Shown here: piece by piece, positions 10,892-22,785 of the stretch
Numbering within the stretch: the stretch's first letter is position 1
Layout: each line of letters begins with the position of its first letter
NCBI GenBank assembly: GCA_963837915.1
Contig: CAWIPZ010000046.1
Span: forward strand, 469-64,468
Reading direction: 5' to 3'
Source: an uncultured Acidobacteriaceae bacterium
GTDB lineage: Bacteria; Acidobacteriota; Terriglobia; Terriglobales; Acidobacteriaceae
Length of the DNA: 64,000 bases
Program-made: the position numbers and the translations under genes
The notes under the pieces: generated by a model
Told to the model about the DNA's origin: nothing
What the model saw: the letters and a program-made list of their open reading frames with translations, nothing else
Databases searched by the model: none

Positions 10892-10981
10892 AGCCGAGGC
10901 GCCGTCTGTGTCAAGACTCTGCGACCGCGCTAGCGCGGCGGCCTTCGCCCGGTCTTGACACAGACCTCAGCGGCCTCGGCT
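10892..10981. repeat. Imperfect long inverted repeat (hairpin) at the island/core junction
   Basis: The left arm agccgaggcgccgtctgtgtcaagac (10892-10917) pairs with gtcttgacacagac...gcctcggct (10952-10981). An internal perfect palindrome ccgcgctagcgcgg lies at 10925-10938. Confidence 0.6.
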
Positions 10982-11307
10982 TATCATTCCTCTATTCCGG
11001 GAATGTCAGATTTTCGTCAAACGCTCTCATGGCAAATTCGTCTCAGTTCAGTAACAGATAGTGCCCGAAATTCATTCAAAAGGAACTAAGGTGCTACAGT
11101 GGTTGGTTCATGCGGTGGAAATCTCGATCCCCACTCTGCTTTTCTCAGATTTGACGGAAACATGGTCTCGGGCCTGTTGGGCACTTGGTCGAAAACATAA
11201 AAAAACATCGGTCGCTTCGTTATTCAACCGCTCTACATCGATTCGAAGTCCCAAGAATTGCCCCGAGCCTTAAAGGTTCGAATGCTAGAAGTCGAAGGTC
11301 GAGTCCC

Positions 11308-12708
11308 ATGACTCGCGTCGCGATCATTGGTGGGGGAATCTCCGGACTGGCCGCGGCCTTCACACTCGAAGAGCATCGAAGCGCCGGAGATATGGAATAT
11401 GTAGTTTACGAATCGTCACCGCGATCGGGAGGCGTGCTGTGCACCGAGCAGATCCAAGGCTTCCTGATTGAAGCTGGGCCCGATTCTTTTCTCAGCGAAA
11501 AACCTTGGGCTGTAGACTTGTGCCGCGAGCTCGGGATTGGCGATCAGCTTATCGGCTCCAACGACGTCGACCGGAAGACCTATATTCTTGTTCGCCGACG
11601 TCTAGTCTCGATGCCCGATGGACTCATGTTCATGGTCCCGACGAAAATCTTGTCCACGGGATTTTCTCCGCTCTTTTCCTGGAGCACGAAGCTGCGCATG
11701 GCACTGGAATTATTCCATCCGCCAAGGGTGGTCGATGAAGACGAAAGTGTTGCATCGTTTGTCGACCGTCATTACGGAGCCGAAATGGTAACCCGTGTTG
11801 CTGACCCGCTTCTCTCTGGTGTCTACGGTGGTGAAGGTGGCAACCTCAGTGTGCGTGCCGTTCTCCCACGCTTCGCTGAGATGGAACGAACTCACGGCAG
11901 TCTCGGCCGTGCAATGCTTGCTGCTAGAAGAAAAATGTCGCACGCGGCAAACAAAACTCTTCCTCCGCTTTTTACTTCTCTCAAGAACGGTATGCAACAG
12001 CTCGTTGAAGTGCTCGTGTCTAAGCTCAATCGCGCTTCCTTACTCACCAGCACTCCCGTGCAATCTATTGAACGCGAAGAGGGAGAGTGGAGAGTTAATG
12101 CAGGACTCAAATCGAATAGCTTCGACTCTGTCATTGTCGCTCTCCCTGCGCCTGCGGCTGCGCAGATTTTGTCGCTCTGTAGTTCAGAGCTATCCGCAGA
12201 ACTTGCATCTATCGGCTATAGCTCTTCCGTTACCGTCGGACTCGGTTACGACCGCGAAGTCCGCAAATCCCTACCCCCTGGCTTCGGATTTCTCGTGCCA
12301 CGTGCCGAAGGCAAGCGCCTGCTGGCCACGACTTTCGTTCATAACAAATTCCCCTATCGAGTGCCTGAAGGTCGAGCTCTGCTGCGCTGTTTCGTCGCTG
12401 GACCGAACGCCGAAAACATCTGGCAGGTTTCCGACGATGGAATCGTCGCCCTCGTCCGCGACGAATTGCATCAGATCCTTGGCGTACAGGCGACGCCTCT
12501 TTTTGCTCGCGTCAATAAATGGAAGTCAGCTATGGCGCAGTATGGCGTTGGACACCTTGAACGTCTCGATCGCATCGCGGGCCTGCTCAGGCAAATGCCC
12601 GGTCTGGGGCTCGCCGGTAACGCGTACCACGGCATCGGAGTCCCTGATTGTATCCGCTCCGGTCGTGAAGCTGCCCGGCAGGCAATGCAGCGGCATGAAT
12701 CACCTTAG
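11308..12708 (+). CDS. hemY: Protoporphyrinogen/coproporphyrinogen III oxidase, HemY (FAD) family
   Basis: MTRVAIIGGGISGLAAAF dinucleotide-binding motif and family-length protein. The ATG at 11308 was chosen inside the longer ORF 11185..12708. Confidence 0.85.
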   Translation: MTRVAIIGGGISGLAAAFTLEEHRSAGDMEYVVYESSPRSGGVLCTEQIQGFLIEAGPDSFLSEKPWAVDLCRELGIGDQLIGSNDVDRKTYILVRRRLVSMPDGLMFMVPTKILSTGFSPLFSWSTKLRMALELFHPPRVVDEDESVASFVDRHYGAEMVTRVADPLLSGVYGGEGGNLSVRAVLPRFAEMERTHGSLGRAMLAARRKMSHAANKTLPPLFTSLKNGMQQLVEVLVSKLNRASLLTSTPVQSIEREEGEWRVNAGLKSNSFDSVIVALPAPAAAQILSLCSSELSAELASIGYSSSVTVGLGYDREVRKSLPPGFGFLVPRAEGKRLLATTFVHNKFPYRVPEGRALLRCFVAGPNAENIWQVSDDGIVALVRDELHQILGVQATPLFARVNKWKSAMAQYGVGHLERLDRIAGLLRQMPGLGLAGNAYHGIGVPDCIRSGREAARQAMQRHESP

Positions 12709-12795
12709 CTCACGACGACGGTGATTAACAATTGTCTTTGAGCGCAGGCCCGCCATAGCTCTGCTTCTTCCAACGTCACCGTTTCTAGGGGCTTC

Positions 12796-13746
12796 TTAGG
12801 GTCGTGATGGAGCGCCAAAGCCACGCTCGTAAACAGCTTCCAGGATTTTATCGCCACCTCGGTTCAATAGGATTTTTCCGACGGTGTTGCCAAGTTTCTC
12901 GGGATCGCTCACATTGCCTTCGCGTGATTCGCGAAGAATCGTTGAGCCGTCGGGATCGGCGACGATGGCTTCGAGATGGAGCTCGGCACTGCGAATTGTC
13001 GCAATCGCTCCGATTGGAACCTGGCAGCCTCCGCCGAGACTGTTGAGCAAGGCGCGCTCGCATGTCGTAGCGGCGCGGGTGGCGGCATCGTTCAGAAATT
13101 CCAGATGCTGGCGAACAGTGCTGTTACCTTCGCGGATTTCTATGCCCAGCGCCCCCTGCCCAGCCGCAGGGCACATGATTTTAGCGGGAATGATCTGCTT
13201 GATCAATTCCGTTTTGGCAAGACGCTTCAATCCGGCGAACGCCAGAATGATGGCGTCGTATTCCCCCTGTTCGAGTTTACGCAAACGCGTATCGATGTTG
13301 CCTCGTAGGGGATGAATGTCGAGATCGGGACGAACGGCCTTGAGTTGCGCTTGCCGGCGTAGGCTGGATGTACCCACGCTCGCGCCCTGAGGCAAGTCTT
13401 GAATGTTCGAGTAACGCCGCGAGCAGAAGGCGTCGCGTGGGTCTTGCCGTTCAGTAATTGCAGCGATTTCGAATCCTGCAGGAAGTTCTGTGGGCAGGTC
13501 CTTCAACGAATGGACAGCAAGATCGACGGCTCCGTCGGCGAGGGCTTCCTCGATCTCTTTCGTGAACATGCCCTTGGTGCCGACCATCGCGAGCGCCACG
13601 TCGGTGATCTTGTCACCAGTGGTATGGATGATTTCGATTTCAACTGGATGACCGCGTTCGCGCAGAAGCGCGGAAATGTGGTTGGCCTGCCAGAGAGCGA
13701 GTTGCGAACCCCTGGAGCCGATCCGCAGTCTAGGCATTAGTGGCAT
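12796..13746 (-). CDS. hemC: Hydroxymethylbilane synthase (porphobilinogen deaminase)
   Basis: [17 protein letters not shown]...HTTGDKI...GGCQVPIGA are typical HemC blocks. Confidence 0.92.
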   Translation of the reverse strand: MPLMPRLRIGSRGSQLALWQANHISALLRERGHPVEIEIIHTTGDKITDVALAMVGTKGMFTKEIEEALADGAVDLAVHSLKDLPTELPAGFEIAAITERQDPRDAFCSRRYSNIQDLPQGASVGTSSLRRQAQLKAVRPDLDIHPLRGNIDTRLRKLEQGEYDAIILAFAGLKRLAKTELIKQIIPAKIMCPAAGQGALGIEIREGNSTVRQHLEFLNDAATRAATTCERALLNSLGGGCQVPIGAIATIRSAELHLEAIVADPDGSTILRESREGNVSDPEKLGNTVGKILLNRGGDKILEAVYERGFGAPSRP

Positions 13747-14113
13747 GACTCCACTTCATTGTTATGCAATACGTTACCCGGCACACGTTCGATCGGGTGG
13801 ATCAAGAATGTCAAATTGTTGTCAAATGTTTCTGATTTCTCAATGTAGGCTGCGGCACCTTCTTCCCGTAGCTTCGCAACTCTGTTTTGAGGAAGTCCAC
13901 TCACGATGACAGGAATTTGCTTCGTGATTTGGTTTTGCTTTAGCTTGCGAAGCACACGGAGGCCGGTCAATTCCAGTAACATCACATCCATCTGTATGAG
14001 GTCCGTATTGGTTTCGGTCACGAGACGCAAGCTTCCTTTCCGTCAGCAGCGCCGATCATGTTGTAGCGACACGCGCTGAGTGCGCTCGGATTAACGGCGC
14101 ACCATCACGTGGA
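13737..14113 (-). pseudogene. Degraded CheY-like receiver domain
   Basis: The 97-aa ORF retains only the central and C-terminal receiver part (TDLIQMDVMLLELTGLRVLRKLK...IPVIVSG). Upstream receiver-like pieces lie in two other frames (IIHV..., ...YNMIGAADGKEACVS*) between 14030 and 14113. Confidence 0.45.
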
Positions 14114-14117
14114 TTAT

Positions 14118-16874
<2,757 letters not shown>

Positions 16875-16990
16875 AAAAGCTCCTCACCCCTCAGCCTTGT
16901 GGCGGCAAAAACCGTTAGTCAAGGATAGACGATTCGCGTATGTTTGGGATTCGCTTCCGGCCTGCAGAGCTTCAGGTACTGTGCTTCAGC

Positions 16991-17887
16991 TCAACCCCGA
17001 ATAGTAAGCACGGGACAGGCAGCGTGCGCCACGATCTGTTGGGCCGTGGTATGGGCCAGGTGGGTAACCACCGCTCCATGCGTCGGGCGCACACCAAGAA
17101 CAATCAAGTCTGCCCCGCGCTCGCTGGCGATTTCCAGAACCCGCTCCGCCGGTGGAGCGAACTGGTGGCTGAACCCGACCAGGCATTCCACACGACACCA
17201 CGACTGGGCTTCAGGTGGGGCTAGTTCCTTAAGACGGCGCACCAGCGACGCCGTGACTTCCTCCAGGTCCAGGATGCCCGCGGAGGCTTCCTCGACGACG
17301 TGCAGCAATGCCAGTTGTGACTGATCTTCTTCAGCTATAGAAACGGCATAGGATAGAGCAGCCAAAGATTCCTTACTAAGATCTGTTGCGAACAAAATTC
17401 GCTGAAATGGTCCTGCGCCGTTCTTCATGCCAGGCACGTTCGGCCCAACAATCAAAACAGGGCAGGTAGCCTGCCGGAATATCTTCTCGGCGACCGAGCC
17501 CATCAACAACTTGCGGGCGGCCGTGCGGCCATGAGTGCCAACCACAATCAGATCAATGTCATGCTCGCCAATAAGCCGGGAGAGTACCTTCCACACATCG
17601 CCTACACCGAAGAGCACCTCGTGCGGCACTCCCGGAAGCTGCTCCTCAAGGCGCGCTGCCACTTCTTGCTGCAATTGTTCCTCCCGTTGAATGAGAGCCG
17701 GCCAGCATTCCGGCGCAGTAAAGAGGTAACCTTCCGAAGGCACTACATGGGCACCGAATAACTTCGCACCGTACTGGCGGGCAATCGCTACAGCATAAGG
17801 TAACGCGGCGTCGGAATATTCGGAAAAGTCTGTCGCAAACAACACGTTCTTAAGTCCGATCCGCTTGCCGGCTGCCAGGATTTTCAT
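16991..17887 (-). CDS. Tandem universal stress protein (2 x UspA domain)
   Basis: KNVLFATDFSEYSDAALPYAVAIARQYGAKLFGAHVV and a second repeat RILFATDLSKESLAAL...; C-terminal HAACPVLTIR. The ATG at 17887 was chosen inside the longer ORF. Confidence 0.85.
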   Translation of the reverse strand: MKILAAGKRIGLKNVLFATDFSEYSDAALPYAVAIARQYGAKLFGAHVVPSEGYLFTAPECWPALIQREEQLQQEVAARLEEQLPGVPHEVLFGVGDVWKVLSRLIGEHDIDLIVVGTHGRTAARKLLMGSVAEKIFRQATCPVLIVGPNVPGMKNGAGPFQRILFATDLSKESLAALSYAVSIAEEDQSQLALLHVVEEASAGILDLEEVTASLVRRLKELAPPEAQSWCRVECLVGFSHQFAPPAERVLEIASERGADLIVLGVRPTHGAVVTHLAHTTAQQIVAHAACPVLTIRG

Positions 17888-17952
17888 AAAGCACCTCCAC
17901 AATTTGATTTGAAATATCCGAGCATTCAACGTCACAACCTTCATCGGGGCAC

Positions 17953-18840
17953 TCAACCAGAAAGTTGGAAACTCACGGTGATCGTGGTTTCCACCTCCAC
18001 GGGTTCCCCGTTGAGTAAGAATGGACGATAGCGCCACTGTTTGACGGCATTTATCGCAGCCGGCACCAGCATGGGATGTCCGCTTACCAGCATGAGGTTC
18101 TGGATCTCGCCTGTCTTGGAAATGATAGCGGTGAGGACTACCTCACCCTGAATGCGTCCCGCTCGCGCAATGATCGGATACGCAGGTTCAATCTTCTGAA
18201 TTAAACGACCTTCCGTCACTCCCTGAGAAATCCGAACCCGTTTTGGGGCCACCGGAACTGCTAGTTTCGGCACCGACGAGAGAGTCGAGGTCGAACTAAT
18301 GATCCCACCGATCACGCCTCCCAACTGTCCGCCGGGAATTCCACCCGGAACTCCGCCGATGACTCCGCCCGAAGACAAAGCTGGCGGCGCCTCCTCTTCT
18401 CGAATCATCTGCACCTTCTGCGGAATCCTGCTGGGAGTGCGTAGCCGGCCATCCATGAGATCACTCTCTATGCGCTGCACGGTTTTGGCGGCAGCCGCGG
18501 ATGCGGCAGGAGGTGGGGGCGGAGGTGGGGGCGGAGGCGCGGTTAGAAACGAGAGCAATTGCTGCCTGGGTAGAGTTTCCGTGTACATCAACGGCACGAG
18601 CAGTAAGCCACCTACAAGCAAGCATTGAAAGAAAATTGACAATACGGTTGCCAGGGTTCGGCGGCGACGCTGCAGACCACTTGCTTCTAGCAGAACATCT
18701 GCAAATAGCGGACCTTCCGGCGTTAGTACTGCGGAAAGCAGCACTCGAGGCGGGCGCCTTACCTTGGCTAATTTGTGAGCCTCTGGTTCTCTGACTTCGG
18801 TTGCGGTGCTCATGGAAACCTCCATCCGCACAGCTTCCAT
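17953..18840 (-). CDS. TonB-family energy transducer
   Basis: N-terminal TM helix, a poly-Pro linker (PPPPPPPPPPP), and a TonB C-terminal domain (RIQGEVVLTAIISKTGEIQNLMLVSGHPMLVPAAINAVKQWRYRP). Confidence 0.85.
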   Translation of the reverse strand: MEAVRMEVSMSTATEVREPEAHKLAKVRRPPRVLLSAVLTPEGPLFADVLLEASGLQRRRRTLATVLSIFFQCLLVGGLLLVPLMYTETLPRQQLLSFLTAPPPPPPPPPPAASAAAAKTVQRIESDLMDGRLRTPSRIPQKVQMIREEEAPPALSSGGVIGGVPGGIPGGQLGGVIGGIISSTSTLSSVPKLAVPVAPKRVRISQGVTEGRLIQKIEPAYPIIARAGRIQGEVVLTAIISKTGEIQNLMLVSGHPMLVPAAINAVKQWRYRPFLLNGEPVEVETTITVSFQLSG

Positions 18841-18907
18841 AACTCCTGTACAGAATTGATTGTGCTCTCAGAAGGGCCTCGATACCGTGCTTCAAGTCAC
18901 GGTTCTT

Positions 18908-18923
18908 GGTGATATCGGTCACG
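18908..18923. promoter_or_regulatory. CRP-type box GGTGA-TATCGG-TCACG
   Basis: GTGA-N6-TCAC palindrome in the tonB/adh divergent intergenic region. Confidence 0.4.
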
Positions 18924-18965
18924 TGTGCTGAAATTTGCAGACTGCGCGGAAAAACTCTGCCCGAT

Positions 18966-18981
18966 CGTGATCCCCATCACA
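18966..18981. promoter_or_regulatory. CRP-type box CGTGA-TCCCCA-TCACA
   Basis: GTGA-N6-TCAC palindrome about 120 nt upstream of the adh start at 19102. Confidence 0.45.
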
Positions 18982-19101
18982 TGTCGCAGTGAGCGAGAGC
19001 ATCGCGTCGTCCTTGCAAGGAGAGCAAACTGTTCAGAGGAGTTTCCGTACCGGCTTGGGAAGACAGCTTCAGATCAGCCGGTGTGGAATCGGGAGGCAGA
19101 A

Positions 19102-20199
19102 ATGGCAACCATGGCATCACAATTATTGGAGCGCGAATCGAGATCCACGGGTATGATGCGGGCGCTCGTATTTCACGGACCGAACCAAATTGCGATCGAA
19201 AGTGTGCCCGTTCCAAGAGCAGGTGTCGGAGAAGCCGTAATTCGGGTGACGCTAACAACGATTTGCGGAACCGACATTCACATTGTGAAGGGCGAATACA
19301 AAATACGGCCGGGCCTTGTCATTGGACACGAGCCGGTCGGCGTGATCCACGAACTGGGCGAAGGTGTTTTTGGCTACAAAGTCGGCGACCGCGTGTTGGT
19401 TGGAGCCATTACGCCATGTGGCCAGTGCGGCAGCTGCCTGAGCGGTCAGTGGTCACAGTGCGGCGGCCCGATTGGCGGCTGGAAATTCGGCAACACCATT
19501 CACGGCGCACAGGCCGAATATCTACTCGTGCCAAACGCGCAAGCGAACCTGGCAAAGATTCCGAATGCGCTGAAAGATGAACAGGTAGTCCTTTTGGCTG
19601 ACATTGCCTCGACGGGTATTTCCGCAGCTGAAAGCGCCGAGTTGAAGATCGGCGATACTGCTGCAGTCTTTGCTCAGGGACCGATCGGGCTCTGTGCGAC
19701 GGCGGGAGCGCGGCTTAAAGGAGCGAGCTTCATTATCGGAGTCGAGTCCGACCCCGCAAGAGCAGCGATGGCGAAGCGAATGGGTGCCGACGTTGTGCTC
19801 AATTTCAAAGAGTGCGATGCGGTGTCGGAAATTCTTCGTCTCACCGGCGGCCGGGGCGTCGATGTGGCGATTGAGGCCTTGGGCACGCAGGGCACGTTTG
19901 AAAGTGCGCTCCGGGTTCTTCGACCCGGAGGCACCCTCAGCAGCCTTGGCGTGTATTCGGGAAAGTTGTCCCTACCTCTTGAGCCGTTTGCCGCAGGTCT
20001 TGGCGATCACAAAATCATCACGACACTTTGCCCGGGGGGAAAAGAGCGTATGCGACGCCTGATGGAGATGGTGCTTCACCGGCGGCTGGATCTGACGCCG
20101 CTGCTGACGCACCGTTTTAGACTCGATCAGATAATCGATGCCTACCGGCTCTTTGCCGAGCATCGCGACGGCGTTTTGAAGGTTGCCATCGAACCGTAG
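19102..20199 (+). CDS. Zn-dependent medium-chain alcohol dehydrogenase (secondary-ADH/TbADH-like)
   Basis: MRALVFHGPNQIAIESVPVP...ICGTDIHIVKGEY...GHEPVGVIHELGEGV. The ATG at 19102 is preceded by GGGAGG. Confidence 0.85.
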   Translation: MATMASQLLERESRSTGMMRALVFHGPNQIAIESVPVPRAGVGEAVIRVTLTTICGTDIHIVKGEYKIRPGLVIGHEPVGVIHELGEGVFGYKVGDRVLVGAITPCGQCGSCLSGQWSQCGGPIGGWKFGNTIHGAQAEYLLVPNAQANLAKIPNALKDEQVVLLADIASTGISAAESAELKIGDTAAVFAQGPIGLCATAGARLKGASFIIGVESDPARAAMAKRMGADVVLNFKECDAVSEILRLTGGRGVDVAIEALGTQGTFESALRVLRPGGTLSSLGVYSGKLSLPLEPFAAGLGDHKIITTLCPGGKERMRRLMEMVLHRRLDLTPLLTHRFRLDQIIDAYRLFAEHRDGVLKVAIEP

Positions 20200-20223
20200 G
20201 TAGATTTGGAGCTCATAAAATGT

Positions 20224-20255
20224 CCGCGCGGCGATCAGATTTCATCGCCGCGCGG
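20224..20255. terminator. Bidirectional hairpin terminator between convergent adh and usp
   Basis: Perfect 12-bp stem ccgcgcggcgat / atcgccgcgcgg with an 8-nt loop, flanked by A/T-containing runs. Confidence 0.55.
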
Positions 20256-20300
20256 TTGCTATTGCCGCCTCTCAGGCACGTTCCGTTAACACAGTCCTCC

Positions 20301-21257
20301 TTAGTCGCGGACTGTCAAGACGGGACATTTGGCATGGCATATAACTTCATGTGTGATAGCCCACGGTATGTGCGCAGCCATTCGTGGGGAGGGCGTTCGG
20401 TTCGCTCCCATAACGATCAAGTCGATTCTGTGTGTAGCTGCTGCATTCAAGATCCCTTCCGGCAGGAAATCCGTTACGGCCAGATATTCTGGGTCCGCCA
20501 CCAGACTCGTGTTGTTTGGAACCAGTTCCTTCAGTTTTCTCACACTGTCGCCTCGCGTGGTTCGTTGCCACTCTGTAAATAGTTCAGCAGCGTAACCAGA
20601 CGGGCCATAGGCGGCGGGGCCAAGATCAGCTACTGGCATTGGCGGCACCATGTGCAGTAGTACGAGCTTTGCCTGGTAGTCCTCCGCCAGCGATAGAGCA
20701 TACGGAAAAGCCTTGGCGGAAGCTGCTCCGAAATCGGTTGCAAATAGGATCCGCCTCAACTTGGTCGTGCCCGAGTCGACGGCAGGGACATGCGGACCAA
20801 TCGTAAGCACCAGGCAGGGAGCCAGGCGCAGGACTTCTTCCGCCACCGATCCCAGTGCGAGTTTCTTGAGGCCGCTTCGTCCGCGAGTCCCAAGCACCAT
20901 CAGATCGACATTCTCACGTTCAATCACCGATGCAAAAACATCCCATATTGGACCTTGTTCGAGCAGCAGATGGTGGTTGAGATCCTTCATTTGCACCATC
21001 TCGTCGAGGTGTTTCATTTGCTCTTCCGCTTCAAGTCGGCGACGATTTAGCTCTCGCGGCAACGGTTCTAGCGGGATTTGGTCGCGCGCTGCCGGCGGAA
21101 GTGCGTGTAGGACGGAAAGCCTGGAACCGTATCGCCGCGCAATCGCAACGGCGTACATGAGCGCTTGCCGTGACGCATCCGAGAAGTCTGTCGCAATTAA
21201 AACCTGCTTGAATCCGACACTCTGCTTTGGACCGTGTATCTGTGCAAGCGCTGACAT
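20301..21257 (-). CDS. Tandem universal stress protein (2 x UspA domain)
   Basis: FKQVLIATDFSDASRQALMYAVAIARRYGSRLSVLHAL, a second repeat RILFATDFGAASAKAF..., and C-terminal HAKCPVLTVR. Confidence 0.85.
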   Translation of the reverse strand: MSALAQIHGPKQSVGFKQVLIATDFSDASRQALMYAVAIARRYGSRLSVLHALPPAARDQIPLEPLPRELNRRRLEAEEQMKHLDEMVQMKDLNHHLLLEQGPIWDVFASVIERENVDLMVLGTRGRSGLKKLALGSVAEEVLRLAPCLVLTIGPHVPAVDSGTTKLRRILFATDFGAASAKAFPYALSLAEDYQAKLVLLHMVPPMPVADLGPAAYGPSGYAAELFTEWQRTTRGDSVRKLKELVPNNTSLVADPEYLAVTDFLPEGILNAAATHRIDLIVMGANRTPSPRMAAHIPWAITHEVICHAKCPVLTVRD

Positions 21258-21297
21258 AAGCTTCCTCCTTTCCGTCTTCGACTCCTGCCCAAACGTA

Positions 21298-21597
21298 CTA
21301 GCCGATCCGCTCCAAACTGCTACCAGTTCGGCGTGCCGTCCTTATCGCGGAAGCGGAAAGTTGACTTCTTCCACTGTTCCTTCGAACGTGACTTGGCCGT
21401 TGGACATGCTTCGAAACCGCAACCGCCGGTTCGGGCTTCTGCCCTGCCGCCGGGGCGATTGTTAAGATCAGCGCAACAGCCGTCAAAATTAGAATGTCGC
21501 TTAAGAAGAAACGACCCCCACAAGCTATCAAGAACTCAACTAGAGTTCTCTTGGGTACCCTATTTCTCTGGGGAGTGATGATGCGCGAGGTTTTCAT
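21298..21597 (-). CDS. Small hypothetical membrane-anchored protein
   Basis: Strong RBS (AGGAGGAGG) 6 nt upstream of the ATG at 21597 and one hydrophobic segment (ILILTAVALILTIAPAA). No recognisable family. Confidence 0.3.
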   Translation of the reverse strand: MKTSRIITPQRNRVPKRTLVEFLIACGGRFFLSDILILTAVALILTIAPAAGQKPEPAVAVSKHVQRPSHVRRNSGRSQLSASAIRTARRTGSSLERIG

Positions 21598-21670
21598 GAT
21601 CTACCTCCTCCTAAGCACCGAAAGCTCAAACTTTTCTGACTCAATTGTGGCCCTCTTGGCCCCATGATGC

Positions 21671-21686
21671 TGTGACGCAAATCACC
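21671..21686. promoter_or_regulatory. CRP-type box TGTGA-CGCAAA-TCACC
   Basis: GTGA-N6-TCAC palindrome in the divergent region between the usp operon and the cytochrome c gene. Confidence 0.45.
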
Positions 21687-21841
21687 GGATGCTGTGACGA
21701 GCGCCGGCGGCGAAGGTATGGTATCCGGAGCTGTGTCGGAGCTCTGCTGGGATCGAGATCAAAGTCTGGCAGTCACTTGAAAATGGGGGCCACGGTGCTC
21801 GGCGCTCAGGACGTTACCTCTTTCACCAAGTCACGGTTTAG

Positions 21842-21857
21842 GGTGATTTGGATCACT
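21842..21857. promoter_or_regulatory. CRP-type box GGTGA-TTTGGA-TCACT
   Basis: GTGA-N6-TCAC palindrome about 155 nt upstream of the cytochrome c start at 22012. Confidence 0.4.
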
Positions 21858-22011
21858 GAAGCTGTCCCTTTCAACGTGAGACTCTCAACTAAAGCTCTTT
21901 TGCCTAACTCCCGAGGGCTTGTATGAGCGGCTATTTTTTCAGTGCCGGCTCGACGGCGATAAGCACCGATGCGTTCGTCGGGTTAACAGAAAGAGGAGAG
22001 GAATCCAAGTC

Positions 22012-22329
22012 ATGAAGACGACAAAACTGGTGATGTTGGTAATGGTAATCGCGGTAGGGCTGTTCATCCTGGTCCCTAATCTGTCGTGGGCTGCCGATGA
22101 CGGAGCCGCCATCTACAAAGCAAAATGTGCGGTCTGTCACGGAGTGGATGCCATGGGTAAGCCCGCAGCCAAGATTCCGAGCCTGGTTTCGGACGAGGCA
22201 AAGAAGGCGTCGGATGACGACATGGCCAAGTCCGTAACGGAGAAACCGAAACACCCGGGAACCGTGAAGAGCCTAGCTCCTGACCAGGTAAAGATGGTTG
22301 TGTCGTACATTCGCACGCTACAGAAGTAG
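22012..22329 (+). CDS. Small monohaem class I c-type cytochrome (secreted)
   Basis: Signal peptide MKTTKLVMLVMVIAVGLFILVPNLSWA and a single CAVCH motif. AGGAGAG RBS. Confidence 0.8.
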   Translation: MKTTKLVMLVMVIAVGLFILVPNLSWAADDGAAIYKAKCAVCHGVDAMGKPAAKIPSLVSDEAKKASDDDMAKSVTEKPKHPGTVKSLAPDQVKMVVSYIRTLQK

Positions 22330-22785
22330 GCATCGCTATTTGGCTGTTCCTGTATGCGCAGCGCCACTGCCATGAATTGGCTGGGCAGCGGCTGGAGAAG
22401 GCGTGGGGCGAGTACGAAGGTGTCCTGGCTCAGTTTCGGCATAGGGACAGAAGTCCCGCCGATTCGTGGTTTAGCCGACAGCCTCCTCCCCCGTCGCCTT
22501 CCCAAATGGAACAGTCCCGACCGAGCCCGGATGCTCACCACTCCGGGCCCGGTTCTTCTTTTTCTTCAGTGCGTCGAGCATGTTCCGTGCATTTTCGCAC
22601 GGCCGTTCAAGTCCCGTGCGGGGTTACGTCGTACTTTATGCCATGGAAGGGAAGTCCCGCTTGCGAATAAGAGGAATGACCCTTGAGTCTGGGGCTCCCA
22701 TGCAAGTCTTCCGGACAGCAGAATTCGAAGAAATGCCCCGGTGAAGGAACTTTCCTAAGCTGACGGACCGTCACCTCTAATTGTG

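Noticed and set aside
11265-11307. tRNA-like T-loop strings (aggttcgaatgc, aaggtcgagtccc) just upstream of hemY, which could have been an island integration target
   Set aside because: No complementary 5-bp T-stems, no acceptor or anticodon arms could be folded, and the region runs straight into the hemY start codon.
22470-22600. Short minus-strand ORF (MLDALKKKKNRARSGEHPGSVGTVPFGKATGEEAVG) that faintly resembles a HicA-type toxin tail
   Set aside because: Only 36 codons, upstream in-frame stops, and similarity too vague to support any call.
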